DNA of 64,000 nucleotides. It comes from Eledone cirrhosa (lineage: Eukaryota). The stretch covers positions 137,268,001 through 137,332,000 of the forward strand of contig OZ024741.1 of the NCBI GenBank assembly GCA_964016885.1. Reading direction: 5' to 3'. Made by a program: the position numbers and the translations under genes. The notes beneath the pieces are model-generated. The model saw nothing but the letters and a program-made list of their open reading frames with translations, searched no databases and was not told the DNA's origin. This document shows, in pieces, positions 1 through 12,825 of this stretch. The first letter of the stretch is position 1; the number at the start of each line of letters is the position of its first letter.

Positions 1-159
1 GTAAAGGCAGGTATTTAACAATTATTATATTCTTATATTACAGCAAACAATTGGGCATTTTATTCAAATAATATTTTGGCTAAATACCAGGCATGGACTG
101 ACCAAGGCCTAACAAAATTCAAATATTTCACTGATCATTTCCTGATTCAATACTTAATG

Positions 160-463
160 GACCGTTTGCCGATTGCCATCGAGACCTTCGGTGTCCTTGG
201 TTTCTAGGCTGCTGATTTCCTCAACAAAATCGGGAGGAGAGCATCCCGCCCGAGGAAAGAGCCCAATGAGGTTGAGTGGCTGATACAGCAGTTAGCGTTG
301 GCTGTTCTCAGCGGAAACGCCTTCGCCATCTTGTTCGCGTGGTACCGCTGAAATATACCGTCCCCCCAGGGTTGTAGAGTTGGTCTAGTCCCCATTTCGC
401 ACCTTCTTCATCTTTTATATCTTTCTTTTTTCTCCTTATTGTAAACTGTATTCTTAAAAAAAA
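160..463 (+). mobile_element. 3' fragment of a CRE-like non-LTR retrotransposon (restriction-like endonuclease C-terminus)
   Basis: Manual translation from 166 gives LPIAIETFGVLGF*AADFLNKIGRRASRPRKEPNEVEWLIQQLALAVLSGNAFAIL. This matches the PxAxET.G...QRLSxAxQRGNA pattern of CRE-clade C-termini. One in-frame stop; A-run at about 456-463. Confidence 0.7.
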
Positions 464-1074
464 TAACAATTAGTAAAATGATGCAGTATTGGAATTGTCT
501 AAAATGTCGAAAATGTTTTTTGTTTGTGTAAAACTTTGCCATTAAATTGACCAAACTTCTGCCACCTTGAATTGTCTAAAGTTGTTCAACAATTTATAAT
601 CTATTAAATTGTTACATTGTTGAAATTATTTTGCAATAACAAAATGAATTCTACGAGAAACAAGAATATTGACCCTTTTGTTACCATATTTCTAATGAAA
701 GACACTGCTTTGGATTTTCAAATAATTTTTGTAAACAATCAAGTATTTGGAAAAAAAGTAATTTAAATAAAGTTCTCAATATTTGTCTAGAGTGTGAAGC
801 ATAACATAACGAAGGTTCTTAAAATTATAAATTATAAATTTCAACACTTTAAAACATATCGTCTTGTATCTTAGAATTAAGGACGCTTTCAGGCAACTTG
901 CTTTTAAATTCTCCTTCGCCATTACATACATGACTATGAAAGGATGAACAGCTTTACTGGCTTCATTCCTTTACTGGCTTAAGTCATTAGACTGCAGCCA
1001 TGCTGGGGCACCGCCTAGATTTAGTCGATCTTATCGATGCCTGTAATTGTTATTTTATCCATCTCCCAGGGCGA

Positions 1075-1290
1075 TGGATTGGCAGTATCGGTAGAGGTGT
1101 CGGACGCCATACTTTGCAGCATAAAGTTACGGCCCTTTATGATCTGATTTCAAATACCGCCGAGGTTAACTTTGCCTTTCATCCTTACGGGGTCCATAAA
1201 ATAAAGTACCAGTCAGGCACTGGCGTCGATTTAATCGATTTCCCCTTCCCCCAAATTGCTGGCCTTGTGCCTATATAAGAAATCATTATT
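1075..1290 (+). mobile_element. tRNA-derived SINE (octopus-type family 1)
   Basis: A-box-like TGGCAGTATCGGTAGAG, B-box-like TTCAAATACC, and body gccgaggttaactttgcctttcatcc...aaattgctggccttgtgcc. Recurs many times in the window. Confidence 0.8.
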
Positions 1291-1343
1291 TTATCCATCT
1301 CGTTTTTGTCCAACGGCCATAAACACAGAAAAATACCCTCCCC

Positions 1344-1421
<78 letters not shown>

Positions 1422-2048
1422 AAGGAAAATAATGACTTCACTTGTAGTTGGTTGTCTAGACAATTTAATTGAATAATTTTACAATTTTGCTATGTAGATC
1501 TATCATAGTAAGTTCTTTGTTAACTCGGTAGAAAGTTGTATGCAAATATATGTGTGAAAATATGTATGTATGTATGTGTGTGTGCATGTGTACATGTATG
1601 TGTATGTGTATATATATATATGTATGTATGTGTGTGTGTATGTATTTGTATGGATATATAAGTATATGTGTGTGTGTGTGTGCATTTGTGTGTGTAAATG
1701 TATGAACTAGAATATGTGTATGGGCTGTATGTATGTTTATATGTAGGGAGGTAAATATGTTTGTCAGCTCCCCTCCCAAACTAACAACAACAACATACAC
1801 CCCCCTCAAAAATTCCAACACTAATTAAATTTAATCACCTTATTTTTTTCTTTGGAGTCATTTCCTTTTTATCAAAAGACATGCATCTTACACCTCCTTA
1901 ACTCCACCCTCCACTCCCAGACATACACCCAAATTCCCTTATTACTTACATACTTAATATAGAAAGTTGTTGAATTTTATTTTAATAATAAATTTAAGAT
2001 AGTTTGTTTATTCAGTGATAGAACTACATTGATCTGATATCTATTACT

Positions 2049-2760
2049 ACAGACACGGGCGCACGGGTAGGGACCCCTCGAAAAAGATCTGTCCCAGATG
2101 CGTGTGCGACGAGGAAACCGCTGCACACGCATTGGTACACTTCTCGGGCATTGCCGATCTGTGGGGCTATGTCGAACGACTGCTGTCACGGGTGGGACCG
2201 ATCCGGTTGACCACCGAGTCTATTGTAACGATCAAGCCGCCTCCCCTCTTCAAAAACGAAGGAGAGGCGGTGTTTCTGTGCGTAATAGCCATGGTGAAAG
2301 AGGTTGTATGGTGGACGCGTCTGAAAGGACTGAGGTAAGACACCTTTCTCTCTGGCCAACAACTGGTCCGTTTCTTCCGATATCATTTCGGAAGAAGGAT
2401 CAGGATGGAGAGAGAGGTGCTGCACCCCAGCCGTTTTATGAAAGATGGGTGAAAGTGGCGAGAATGGTCCGTGTGAATGGGCCTTCACTCTACATCAGAC
2501 TGTAGGTGAGCAAGATGAAAGATCAAGGGAGCACCCTCTCTCTGTGCTCCTGAGGAGAAGGGTTGCACACTTTTTCGGGGGTGTGTGCGAGCCCCCAAGG
2601 CGCCTCCTCCCTATTGAGGATTTTGTTATTCAATTTATTTTTGTTATATTTTATATTTTATATTATTGCCTCCTCCTTATTGAGGACGCCTTTTTATGTA
2701 AACTCCCCCCATTGTACTTGTCCCACTCTTTGATGCCCTGGTGGCAAATAAAAGGAAAGT
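2049..2760 (+). mobile_element. 5'-truncated Tx1/L1-like LINE 3' end with target-site duplication
   Basis: CPRCVCDEETAAHALVH zinc-finger-like ORF2 C-terminus (ORF 2102-2338 and its continuation), GC-rich relative to flanks, AATAAA at about 2747. TATCTATTACT is duplicated at 2038-2048 and 2761-2771. Confidence 0.75.
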
Positions 2761-3199
2761 TATCTATTACTGACAGTTAGGTGGACTGTGGTCTGAGACT
2801 GAACCACACTGATTAGGTACCTATCACTGACAGTTAGGTGGACATTTCATTTGACATATACACAATGTACACTATTGAGTCTATACATAAACAGACTCAT
2901 TAACTGCTTAATGAACACAACCACAACGATATGGTAGTATCATTTTAAATACACACATAAAATACCCCCTGGTAGAGGAGTACCTACCGTTTGAGAACCA
3001 CTGCTGTATAGTTAAAACACATACACTTTTAGTTTTCAATAAATCGATATGTCCAGCTCCTGGTTGTGTTGTTATTTCTCTGAGGAACTAGAATCATCAG
3101 AGAAATAACAATACAACCAGGAGCTGGCCATATCGATGTATTGACGGAGTAAAACACACTTCAACAACATGTGTACCTGTCTTTCCCACACCAATTCGG

Positions 3200-3254
3200 A
3201 CTGCCTGAAGAGGTCACAGCCAATGATGGCTGTCACCGAAATATATATAGCAGT
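3200..3254 (+). ncRNA. Type I minimal hammerhead ribozyme
   Basis: actgc-CTGAAGA-ggtcacagcca(atga)tggctgtcacc-GAAA-tatata-TA-gcagt. Perfect stem I, 10/11-bp stem II, palindromic stem III, intact core. Confidence 0.85.
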
Positions 3255-4532
3255 ATATCTATAATTTATAATAAACGAAGCCAAATTTTATATATTTGAC
3301 TTAATTATTTTATATATATATATATATATATATTGCGTTTACCCACGGGACTGAACACAGACCAACGTGATTGCAACGCTAATGTATGAACGATACAGCA
3401 ATGCCTATGCCAATAAAATTATTTTTGTTTTAATATTTTGCTTTTAACAGAGAGAAAAAATAAGGAAAACGCAAACTCCTTCCATTACTTTTTCTATCTA
3501 CTGCTCGCAACCACTGGAAGAATGAGCAACGTAAAATACTATAGAGCACTATTCAGCTCCCGTAAACCTTATGATCGTTAATTCAGCAATCTAACCACTA
3601 GGCCATTTGCCTTTCCCGAAAAAGTGTAATTAATTTGATTTCCAATTAAACTTTGCTTCATTCTGAAACGCGGCTAACAAGCTACCATTACCATAGCGAA
3701 GAGAAAAAAAATGTTGACATCGCTTGTTTGACGGTAGTTTCAAAATTGAATAAGAGTTGTGGTCATTGAAAACCTTTTATAATACATAACTAACTCCTCG
3801 TACTCAGTCACCAATCAACAATAGGAGTTATTCAATCAATCCACTGTAACCCTAAAATACTATTACAATGTGGTTTCTTTCTCGTTTCGTTAATATAGCC
3901 CCCCCCCCATCATCTAATATGACTGTCGAATGTTCAGAATACAAATGAACAACATGAGAAAAAATAGCGAAAATAAAGCAAATATAGAAAATGAAAGCGT
4001 AAAAAATCAAAATCTCAAAACCGGAAAACAACAAATCGACGAAGCCACGAGAATAGAAAAGTAAATAAAGGCAGTGCTCTAACATGACCGTCGTCAAATG
4101 ATTGAAATCGCCAAGAGGAAAAAAAAAATTAAGCAAAAGTAGAACTTCGCAAATTCAAAATCTTAAAACCGGAAAAAGACAAATCGATCATCGAAGCTGC
4201 GAGAGCACCTTCTGCTCCCCACCCAAGAAACAAAAACAATTCGTAGCACAAAAACATTACGAAATAACAACAACAACAAAACTTCACAAAAAGACAGCTG
4301 AAAAACATCAACAAACTCATATCCCTCGAAAAACAATACAAAAATACAACAATAACAACACAACTTCCAAACGACAGCACAACAATAACAATAGCAACAC
4401 AACTCCCTTCTCTCTCCAAAATAACGGCATCGTAACAGCAACAACCCTAACCAAAAGTAAAAGAAAAAATAGGATTGCACAATTAGAAAAAAAAATTGAC
4501 AATGAAAAGATATATGAATGAAATTAACTCAC

Positions 4533-4615
4533 AGCTTTCAACTTCTACCGTGCAATTCTGGACATCTAGTGGATAATAATGCAAATCCATCATACAGGCC
4601 AAGGTTGTGGTAAAT
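4533..4615 (-). CDS. Lcch3: GABA-gated chloride channel beta subunit (Lcch3/GABA-A beta-like), 83-bp Cys-loop exon
   Basis: tacag|A TTT ACC...GAA AGC T|gtgagt translates to (R)[27 protein letters not shown](Y), containing the Cys-loop. Canonical splice sites; phase joins the upstream exon's terminal CG to give Arg. Not in the ORF track. Confidence 0.95.
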
Positions 4616-4894
4616 CTGTATTGTTAATAGAAACGAAACGAACATGAAAGCGAAACGAAATCAAATTTAATGAAATGAAATGGATGAATTAAGAAAGAGA
4701 CAATTGACAGAAAAATTCATTGGAAATATTTCAATCACAAACTTAATGTCATTTATTTCCTCAAGAGAGGATGGGAAGCTGGAGCAAAAGAAAGATGAAG
4801 GAAAATCAACAATAACAACAAAACAGACAGCTGACAAAAAACAAAACAAAAAAAGAACAACAACAAAACTCAGAGAAAAAGGAAAAAAAAGGAG

Positions 4895-5292
4895 AAAGGA
4901 ACCAATCAACACTTCGGACCAAGGAAACAAAGTTTCCATTAGTTGTTTCCATTGTTAATGCTATTTGTAGGTAGATGAAAAGAAGTGAGCCGATCGTCAG
5001 ATCGGACGAAGGAAACAATGTTTCCATGTATCTCTTCATCTCGAACACTACTTCTCGGTCACAACTCCTGGTAAAGGAAAGGAGCCGATTGTCAAATCGA
5101 ACCAAGGAAACAAGGTTTCAATTGATCTACTCACTGGTTATACTAACTTCTGATCTAAGGTTGAACGTCAGGTTGGACCAAGTACATAATGTTTCCATTG
5201 GTCATTCAATTGCTGATTCTTTCTATTGGGCTATCATACCTTGAAGGAAAGAAGTCGATGGTGAGATCGAACCAAGAAAACAATGTTTCTGC
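4895..5292. repeat. Five diverged copies of a ~45-bp unit at ~90-bp spacing
   Basis: Consensus aggaaaggagccgatcgtcagatcggaccaaggaaacaatgtttcc near 4900, 4980, 5075, 5165 and 5245, separated by unrelated spacers. An inverted copy lies at about 11405-11450. Confidence 0.75.
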
Positions 5293-5506
5293 TGAACTTT
5301 CCATTTATGATACAATGCTGTTGACGTTAACACTAGGTAGAAAACTACGTACCGCTTGATCCAGGAATCTAACACATGACCTTGTGATGGTCAGTCTAAA
5401 GCGCTTACCACTAGGCCATGATTCATAAAAAACACACTAAATACAAAATAACAAACAAAAAAAGCAAAAAAATTGACAATAGACTATAACAAAAACACAG
5501 GATATA

Positions 5507-5557
<51 letters not shown>

Positions 5558-6343
5558 AAATAAAAAGGTAAGTATTGACCCATCATGGTCATTGTAAGAC
5601 TAAAACCCATAAAAGAATAAAATATTAAATATAAAACAGACAAAACTAAACAAACAGAACCCCCCCCCCCCCGCAAAAAAAAAAAAATAAACAGGGGAGC
5701 TTGACAAAAAAACAAACACAAAACAAACTACTACAGAAATCACAAGTGATGAAAATAAATATAAAAATGGCGAAAGATAAAAAAAAGTACTCTATTTAAT
5801 AAAAAGCAAACAAAAAAATCAAAAAAGAAGCAACATTAGGCAGAAACACAAACCCAAATTTATGAAATATTCACTGAAGTTTAATTAAGATTTTGAACAT
5901 TCTTAAGTATTTAGCTTGGAGCTATTTATTTTATATTAAAATCTCTCTCGTCTAGAACCCATATATGTTCATATGTTGATAATATGTACAAAGCTAAACA
6001 TTCACATACACACACACACACAATATTGGCCATGAATCTAAGTTGTAGCTGCTATATAGCAGGTACTAATCGAGTTGGTTGAGGCAAAGTTCATAACATA
6101 TATATATGTACATAGACATATATACACACATACACAACGAACACAACTATACACATGTATTTTGACAAGTAAATGTGTTAATAACATGCACACATACAGA
6201 TTCATACTTAGACATACATTCACGCATACTCATAATATACGCATTTTCGTAAACACATGCATAGTCAGACATACATAGACACACAAACATACATATGTTG
6301 ACAACTTTTATATTTTCATAACATGTATACACACATACATACG

Positions 6344-6375
<32 letters not shown>

Positions 6376-6599
6376 CACGCACGCACACACACATATACAC
6401 ACACATAGACACACACAGACAAGCATCCATACGCCCAAAATACACTTGTTCATATCATGTACGTGGACACAAATGTACACACACATAGACAAACGTACAT
6501 ATATACACACATGTATTCATAACGTGTACAGAATATGCTGGGCCTTCGTCGGTCCCGACGAAGTGTGTTCGAGTTGTTTGAGCAGTAGAATAGCCTATG

Positions 6600-6812
6600 C
6601 GAGTGACTGAGCATTACAGAGACACGCGTGTCCTTAGTGTATATTTCAGCGAGATTCAGCGTGAGACATACTTCTCAATTTTTCCAGCTTTGTAGATTGC
6701 AGGAATGTGAAATATTGCGTTTTGCTGAAAGACAAAATGTGCTACCGGAAATCGAACTCTCGACCTTACTATAATGAGTCGAACACACTAACTACTGAAC
6801 CACGTGCCTTCA
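6600..6812 (-). mobile_element. tRNA-derived SINE (family 2)
   Basis: Minus strand starts aaggcacgtggttcagtagttagtgtgttcgactc...gagttcgatttcc (A/B boxes). Related copies near 14050-14305, 14360-14510, 23420-23550, 40750-41000 and 61400-61720. Confidence 0.7.
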
Positions 6813-6939
6813 ATCATAACACAAAAATGCGTAGAAATATAGTTATACATGCATGCATAAATACAACTCTAATACATATAAACACACATATGTGTTTCGA
6901 AAACGGAGAATGCATGCACGAATATGTACACAGACACAC

Positions 6940-6970
<31 letters not shown>

Positions 6971-7108
6971 AACACACACATACATATATACAAAGACACA
7001 CCTACACTCACACACTCTCACACACAAATATATATCTATGTATACAAAAATACACACATAAAGGCACACATACACACACGCACACTCTCATATTTCTCAA
7101 TTTCTTTT

Positions 7109-7222
<114 letters not shown>

Positions 7223-7316
7223 GTGGAACACTGGAAGGTAATATCCGTAGTGGTAGAGCACTCAGTCCATGGGCCGAGTTAGGTAGAAGTGGTTACACAA
7301 CAGTTAGTTCACCATA

Positions 7317-7356
7317 CCGAGAACAATTGTTTCACATTAGCGGATCCTCAGCTCGG
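7317..7356 (-). ncRNA. Minimal hammerhead ribozyme in the PLE 3' UTR
   Basis: ccgag-CTGAGGA-tccgctaatgt-GAAA-caattg-TT-ctcgg. Perfect stem I and palindromic stem III; stem II is weak. Confidence 0.75.
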
Positions 7357-7518
7357 AATGGGCATGGTTATAGGAACAGGAAGGACAACCGTACGAACGC
7401 TCATGCGCAGAAACCCGGTCACTTCACACAGGCAATACTAGACTGCGTGCGAGAGGTGTAAGGGATATAACTGCGAAAGTCCGAAAAGTTTTTAGGTTTA
7501 AAATTAAATTACAAAGAA

Positions 7519-9336
7519 TCAGTCCGGGGCCTTGTAGTTATGCAATAGGTGTTTGGCGACGTGTGGACAACGTGTGAAAAATTCATTTCTCGTGTTTAGA
7601 CAATCACTATTGCGTAATCTCTTTAGAATAGTTATTCGTTCGTCAATACATAAGCCACACGTCGGATTTCCCCTTGCGTATGGCTTGGACTTAGTGATGG
7701 CTTTCCATTGAATGGAGTAGTCTATACTTGAGTCCTTGAGGGACCATACGTGGCTCGCGAGTTTCGTGGATGAACGTCTGTCCGGGTACCTGAAGGTAGA
7801 TAGGTGGTTCAGGAAACGTTCCTTAAATCGGCCCTCCGCCATGCCCACATATGATTTGACTTCCTGTGGTTCGTTTGGTCGTTTGGAAGTGACCACAGTT
7901 TCATAAATTACAGCTGGTGTCTTGCATTGCTGTTGAAGGGGGCAAGCTTCAGGCTTACGGCAAGAGCACCCTAGTGGGGTGTTGCTCCTAGGGCTGCTGG
8001 TGATGTGGACCTTCATGTTCTTATCGCAGGAGTATCCTAGTTTAACTTTGTGTCGGTTAAAGATGGAGCGGTATTTATGACCTATGGGAAAGTGTCTATC
8101 TAAGAGGGCTAGAAATTTTTTTCCTACATTGGTTTTAACGTTGAGTGAGAAGGGAGGAGAGAACCAGATAGTTTGTCTATTGTTGCGCTTACTTTTCTTA
8201 ATGGTGTTGTTGCTAGTTGGAGAGTAAGTGATAGGTTGTGAGAAGCCGCTGTTAGTCAACGCCGTGTTATAGTAGGGTTTCGCCCTGTCGAAGATAGCCT
8301 TATTAGAGGAGAGGTTTAAGATTTTAGTACTGATATTATTTACGAAGTTTCTAAAAACAGTGGGAGGGTAGCATGTGTCCTTGTGAATGTAATTGAGTTT
8401 CTCGTTTAGCTTATGGAAGGGTCTGTGGGTGTGTGTGCGAAGGTCTAAATTAATGTCTAAGAAATCTACGCTAGAGAGGTTGATGGCTACTGTTATCCTA
8501 AGGCCTAACTAATTGAAGGTAGAAGCTAAGTCTTTTTTAAACCGGTCGAGGTCGTGACCAATTTTATGGCTCGATAAAGTCAGTCCATCGTCGCGGTATA
8601 TTCCCGTGTGGAAGTCCGGGAATCTAACACGTAATATGTCTAAGATAAATAGGCCAACCAAGTCACATACGTCAGCACTGTCAAACGATCCCATGGAGAC
8701 GTCGAATAGGTCTGAAGTTGTAGACTTCTTTGCCCAGGCTATTCCGTCGTTGAAGAGGAGGGTTTTCCGGCAGTGAGCGATGATTTCCCTGTATAAACCA
8801 TCGACGGTGGTATAAGTGGTAGCGAAGTCCAACGCTGAGATCGACGGGTAAAAATCGACAATGTCAAACTGTGTGAACTTCGCTTTTTTGGATTTTAAGG
8901 AGTTAAACCACTTAATTATGGAGTCGCTGTTCTCCCACTGGGGCAGGTTGGACTTGGTCCTAATGGTCTTAACTATGTTTCTAAGTATAGCCTTACTGAC
9001 TAGTCCCATATCCGTGCGTGCCGGCTTTATTAGTCTACATGTGGGGTTAGAAGTGAAGTCTACCTTGTGATCTTTCAGGGTGAGGAACGCCTCCCGCTTA
9101 GCTAGAGATTGTAGCTTCTTATCTACCTTAAGGTCGGCGGCAAGTTCCTTGGCTTCTGTATTAATGTCGTGGTAGGCCATAGGGTTATCTTTCTTATATT
9201 TAGAAGTAATAGCGTTATGGACCAGGTGGCGGAAAGTGGTGTTGTCGACTTCGTAAATATTATTAGTTTTGTCGGAAAGAACGAAGGTGTTATTAGAAGA
9301 CCTAAATTTCTTAATATCATTTCTGAGTTTCGTTTG
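7519..9336 (-). pseudogene. PLE reverse transcriptase / GIY-YIG endonuclease ORF with one premature TAG
   Basis: ORFs 8509-9180 and 7519-8259 are in the same frame, separated only by TAG at 8509-8511, and the frame stays open up to about 9336. Motifs: QFDIVDFYPSIS, SMGSFDSADVCDLVG, IYRDDGL, VDFLDI, CSCRKPEACPL, VIY...YVGM...FKERFLNH, CGLC...CPH (Nematis-like architecture, by recall). Confidence 0.9.
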
Positions 9337-9389
9337 ATATATATATACAATATATTAATAAATGGAAACTATATTTATAAAACCATAAT

Positions 9390-9455
9390 TATTTTATTAT
9401 ATATATTTCAAGGGCAACCAAGGTAAATCATGGTGCGCTTTCATCAGATAAAATA
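9390..9455 (-). ncRNA. Minimal hammerhead ribozyme (left arm)
   Basis: tattttat-CTGATGA-aagcgcacca...tggttgccctt-GAAA-tatata-TA-ataaaata. Confidence 0.8.
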
Positions 9456-9588
9456 CAGATTTGTTTTATAAATAAATATTGACATACCCGGAAAAAAGAC
9501 AACCTCAACGGTTGAAATTCGCTAGATAGACAACCGTTGAGGTTGTCTTTTTCCGGGTATGTCAATATTTATTTATAAAACAAATCTG

Positions 9589-9654
9589 TATTTTATCTGA
9601 TGAAAGCGCACCATAATTTACCTTGGTTGCCTTTGAAATATATATAATAAAATA
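9589..9654 (+). ncRNA. Minimal hammerhead ribozyme (right arm)
   Basis: tattttat-CTGATGA-aagcgcacca...tggttgccttt-GAAA-tatata-TA-ataaaata; 8-bp stem I. Confidence 0.8.
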
Positions 9655-9804
9655 ATTATGGTTTTATAAATATAGTCTCCATTTATTAATATATTGTATA
9701 TTTACTCCACTAATCAGTTGAGTGCTTTATATCAGTTATAAACATTTTTTAAGCTTGTTGAATCCCAACAAATGAAATATAACCTCTGCATATATATATA
9801 TATG

Positions 9805-10135
9805 ACGGCGATGCATTTGTGTTGCGAGCCTTTTGATATGAAATCGTGTGTCGAAAAATGGCGTAGACATACAATACAACAGGAGGAACATAATAGTACC
9901 ACTGATGAGGCTGCAGATGTGCAACGAAAGACCTTTGTTAGACTATATATATGTGTTTATATCTATATTATATCTGTATTTTTGACCGTTGGTCAGTCAA
10001 TGATAAACATTGAGGACCGGATGAATTAACTATGGAGATATAAAAGATACAGAAGCGAAAACCAACCAAACAGTGAGTGTGTTCAGTTATTATTTCTGGC
10101 AATATTATTACAACAATATGACCCTCCCCAAGTAT

Positions 10136-10140
<5 letters not shown>
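9805..10140 (+). mobile_element. (TA)n-embedded mini-element with degenerate hammerhead (family H)
   Basis: Core acca-CTGATGA-ggctgca(gatg)tgcaac-GAAA-gacc-TT-tgtt at 9898-9939. Shares atggcgtag and the terminal tgaccctccc-aagtataacaa with 43400-43665. Confidence 0.6.
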
Positions 10141-10179
<39 letters not shown>

Positions 10180-10706
10180 AAAAGAAATTGAGAAGACCTT
10201 GGCTCGAAAGGGGAAGAATGTGACCTAGGTCACTGAGGGCATTTTGCCAGGCGTTTTACCGATTTTTTTGCAAAGTTAGCGCCTTGCTAATGATAGAGGA
10301 TGTTACTATTCCTAAGAGATAAAGGATTATAATCCACCAAACTGGTAATCCGGTAATCCAGGATTACATGAAGCAAGCTCTTTTGATCAGTCAGTATTTG
10401 TCCCAAATGATTTGATCTTTTAGACATCTATGAGAATTAAAGAATGTATTTGTGTCCTAAACATGCAAACCTACAATAGTTTTATTATTATTTAGAATCA
10501 TGATTTCAGTAATCGTTTTCTGAATAACACATGCAATTGTGTATATGCAATGCTTAGTTATTGATTAAGAATTTTTTTTGTGTGTGAAATTTGATCGTTA
10601 TCAACATCACACTCCATCTCCTTTGAAAATAAGTCATAACCCCGAAATATGAGATATAAATGAAAATATAAACTGCCCTTTTGTTTTGTTTGTCTTACAT
10701 TGTTTT

Positions 10707-11340
10707 TGTTGTTGTTGTTGTTGTTGTTATTATTATTATTATTATTCCTGGGTAGGTTGTAGGGACAGAGTCCTCAAACACGATTTCCTGAGGGCCCTAT
10801 AAGAAGCAGCCACCTACAATTGATCTGACTGGATCCCCAAGCGAGACCAACCGAGCTTCTGGATGTTTTCCAACCATCTTATTCGGGGTCCACCCCTGAG
10901 TCCCTTTGCCTGTAAAACCTGATCTGTCCATCGATTTGTTCCTGAGACATCCTAACCACATGTCCGTAGCACCAGCGCAGTGATGCGAAGTAGCGGCTCT
11001 ACCTAGAGTGACTCCCTGATCTCCAAGTTACCCACCATATCGAGTAACGTTACTCCAAAGACTCTTTGGAAGATCCCATTTCAACCAGTTGAATTCACGA
11101 TTACATTCTTTTGGTCATTACTCAAAATTCGTGACCATAGTTAGGGGTAGGCACAAATATCGAATTGAAGATAGCGAGTTCAAAGATATATATTTAAGCT
11201 ATGTTTGACCGGCTGATTGTATCAGCAATAGGAAGACCAATGGAATAATTGATTCGTTGATCCTCGGAACTACGATCTCTCACTTTCGATAAGTAGCGGC
11301 TCTACTTGGAGCGACTCACTGATCTCCTAGCTACGCAAAC
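10707..11340 (-). mobile_element. RTE-clade LINE 3' fragment
   Basis: Minus strand encodes a degenerate LRW.YGHVVRMSQ...RGGPRIRWLENIQKLGWSRLG C-terminus, followed by an (AAT)n/(AAC)n tail at 10707-10746. Confidence 0.7.
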
Positions 11341-12214
11341 ATTTTATTCCTGTATTTCTAATTTGCTTTGTACGGGCTTTCCCAAAACTGCCCTAATCCC
11401 AAATTACACAATGTTTTCTTGGATCGATCTGACGATAGACTCCTTTCCTCAATATGTAACATTGTCGTATAGTTAGTTGATTTGGATGCCATTTATAGCA
11501 TATCATGCCACCAGATAGACGATTCTTTGTTGTGCGAAAGATAGAATTTACAGCAGACCCAGGAAAGGGTTCAATACTTTTGTTACATCTTTTCAAGAAT
11601 TATATAATTAAATTATGTATGTTAATATGTATGTTCATTTCAATCAACTAATAGTCGATTTTTAAAATGCCAAATATCTTTGCGGTTATGTAAAAAAAAA
11701 TCAATATTACCTATCAATCTATAGTGGTAATATAGGTGTTAATAATGATGTGAGAATGTGATTTTTGGATATTAAGCAGATACAATGATTCTATCTTGTG
11801 TACGATTGTGAGCAAACGGAAACTAGAGAAAATATATCATTTTCTTGAAAAACGGTTTTGCTTTATTCCATTTTATGTGCATTGCCTGATAAATTACCTC
11901 AGGAAAATGAACGTTATGAGACGTCTTGAGAATTGGAAAATTAATATTTTGAAAGAATTCATGTATTTCATAAGTTGTAGATAGCGTTGATAGGATACGT
12001 AAAATTGGCAATTTAGACAGCTTTTATCTTTCTGGATCTTAAAGAAACAGTTTATTTTTTTTATGTCTCCAGAAAATGTATCATTGTGTGAAGTTGATAC
12101 AATTAAACGAGGCAATTGGTGCTACACTACTGAAGGAAACTGATATAAATATACATACGTACATTTACACATGTTCATACATGTATATAAGTGCACACGT
12201 GTGTATGTGTATAT

Positions 12215-12261
<47 letters not shown>

Positions 12262-12419
12262 AGTCTCTGGTATAAAGAATAATGAATTTTAGCGTTTCAG
12301 GAATATATACTTACATTACTATATATTCAAACAGTAGAACATATGCAAAGAAACGAACGCATTCCCCTCGCGTACACTTACACACACTCACACAAACACA
12401 CACACACACAAACACACAC

Positions 12420-12502
12420 ATTTATATATATATATATATAGAGAGAGAGAGAAAGAGAGAGAGATGTATATATATCTTTCTCTCACCTCCTCTCTCTCTC
12501 TT

Positions 12503-12591
<89 letters not shown>

Positions 12592-12629
12592 TGTATATAT
12601 ATCTTTCTCTCACCCCCTCTCGCTCTCTT

Positions 12630-12710
<81 letters not shown>

Positions 12711-12764
12711 AAGAGAGAGAAATGTATATATATCTTTCTCTCACCCCCTCTCTCTCTCTTTCTC

Positions 12765-12823
<59 letters not shown>

Positions 12824-12825
12824 TA
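12420..12825. repeat. Triplicated compound microsatellite block (TA)n-(GA)n-spacer-(CT)n
   Basis: Three ~125-bp units share aaagagagaga.atgtatatatatctttctctcacc. Confidence 0.85.

Larger units (their letters stand above)
9343..9790 (+). mobile_element. Fold-back hammerhead mini-element, family A
   Basis: Arms 9343-9514 and 9531-9701 (~172 bp, few mismatches), 16-nt loop. Unpaired tail 9702-9790 starts with ACTC...GAGTGC. TA runs on both sides. Confidence 0.85.

Noticed and set aside
4895-5292. Repeat-spacer pattern resembling a CRISPR array
   Set aside because: Eukaryotic intron, repeats too diverged, and no cas genes. Kept only as an unexplained repeat.
8509-8511. In-frame stop in the PLE as possible selenocysteine recoding
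   Set aside because: The codon is TAG, not TGA, so a simple nonsense mutation is more likely.
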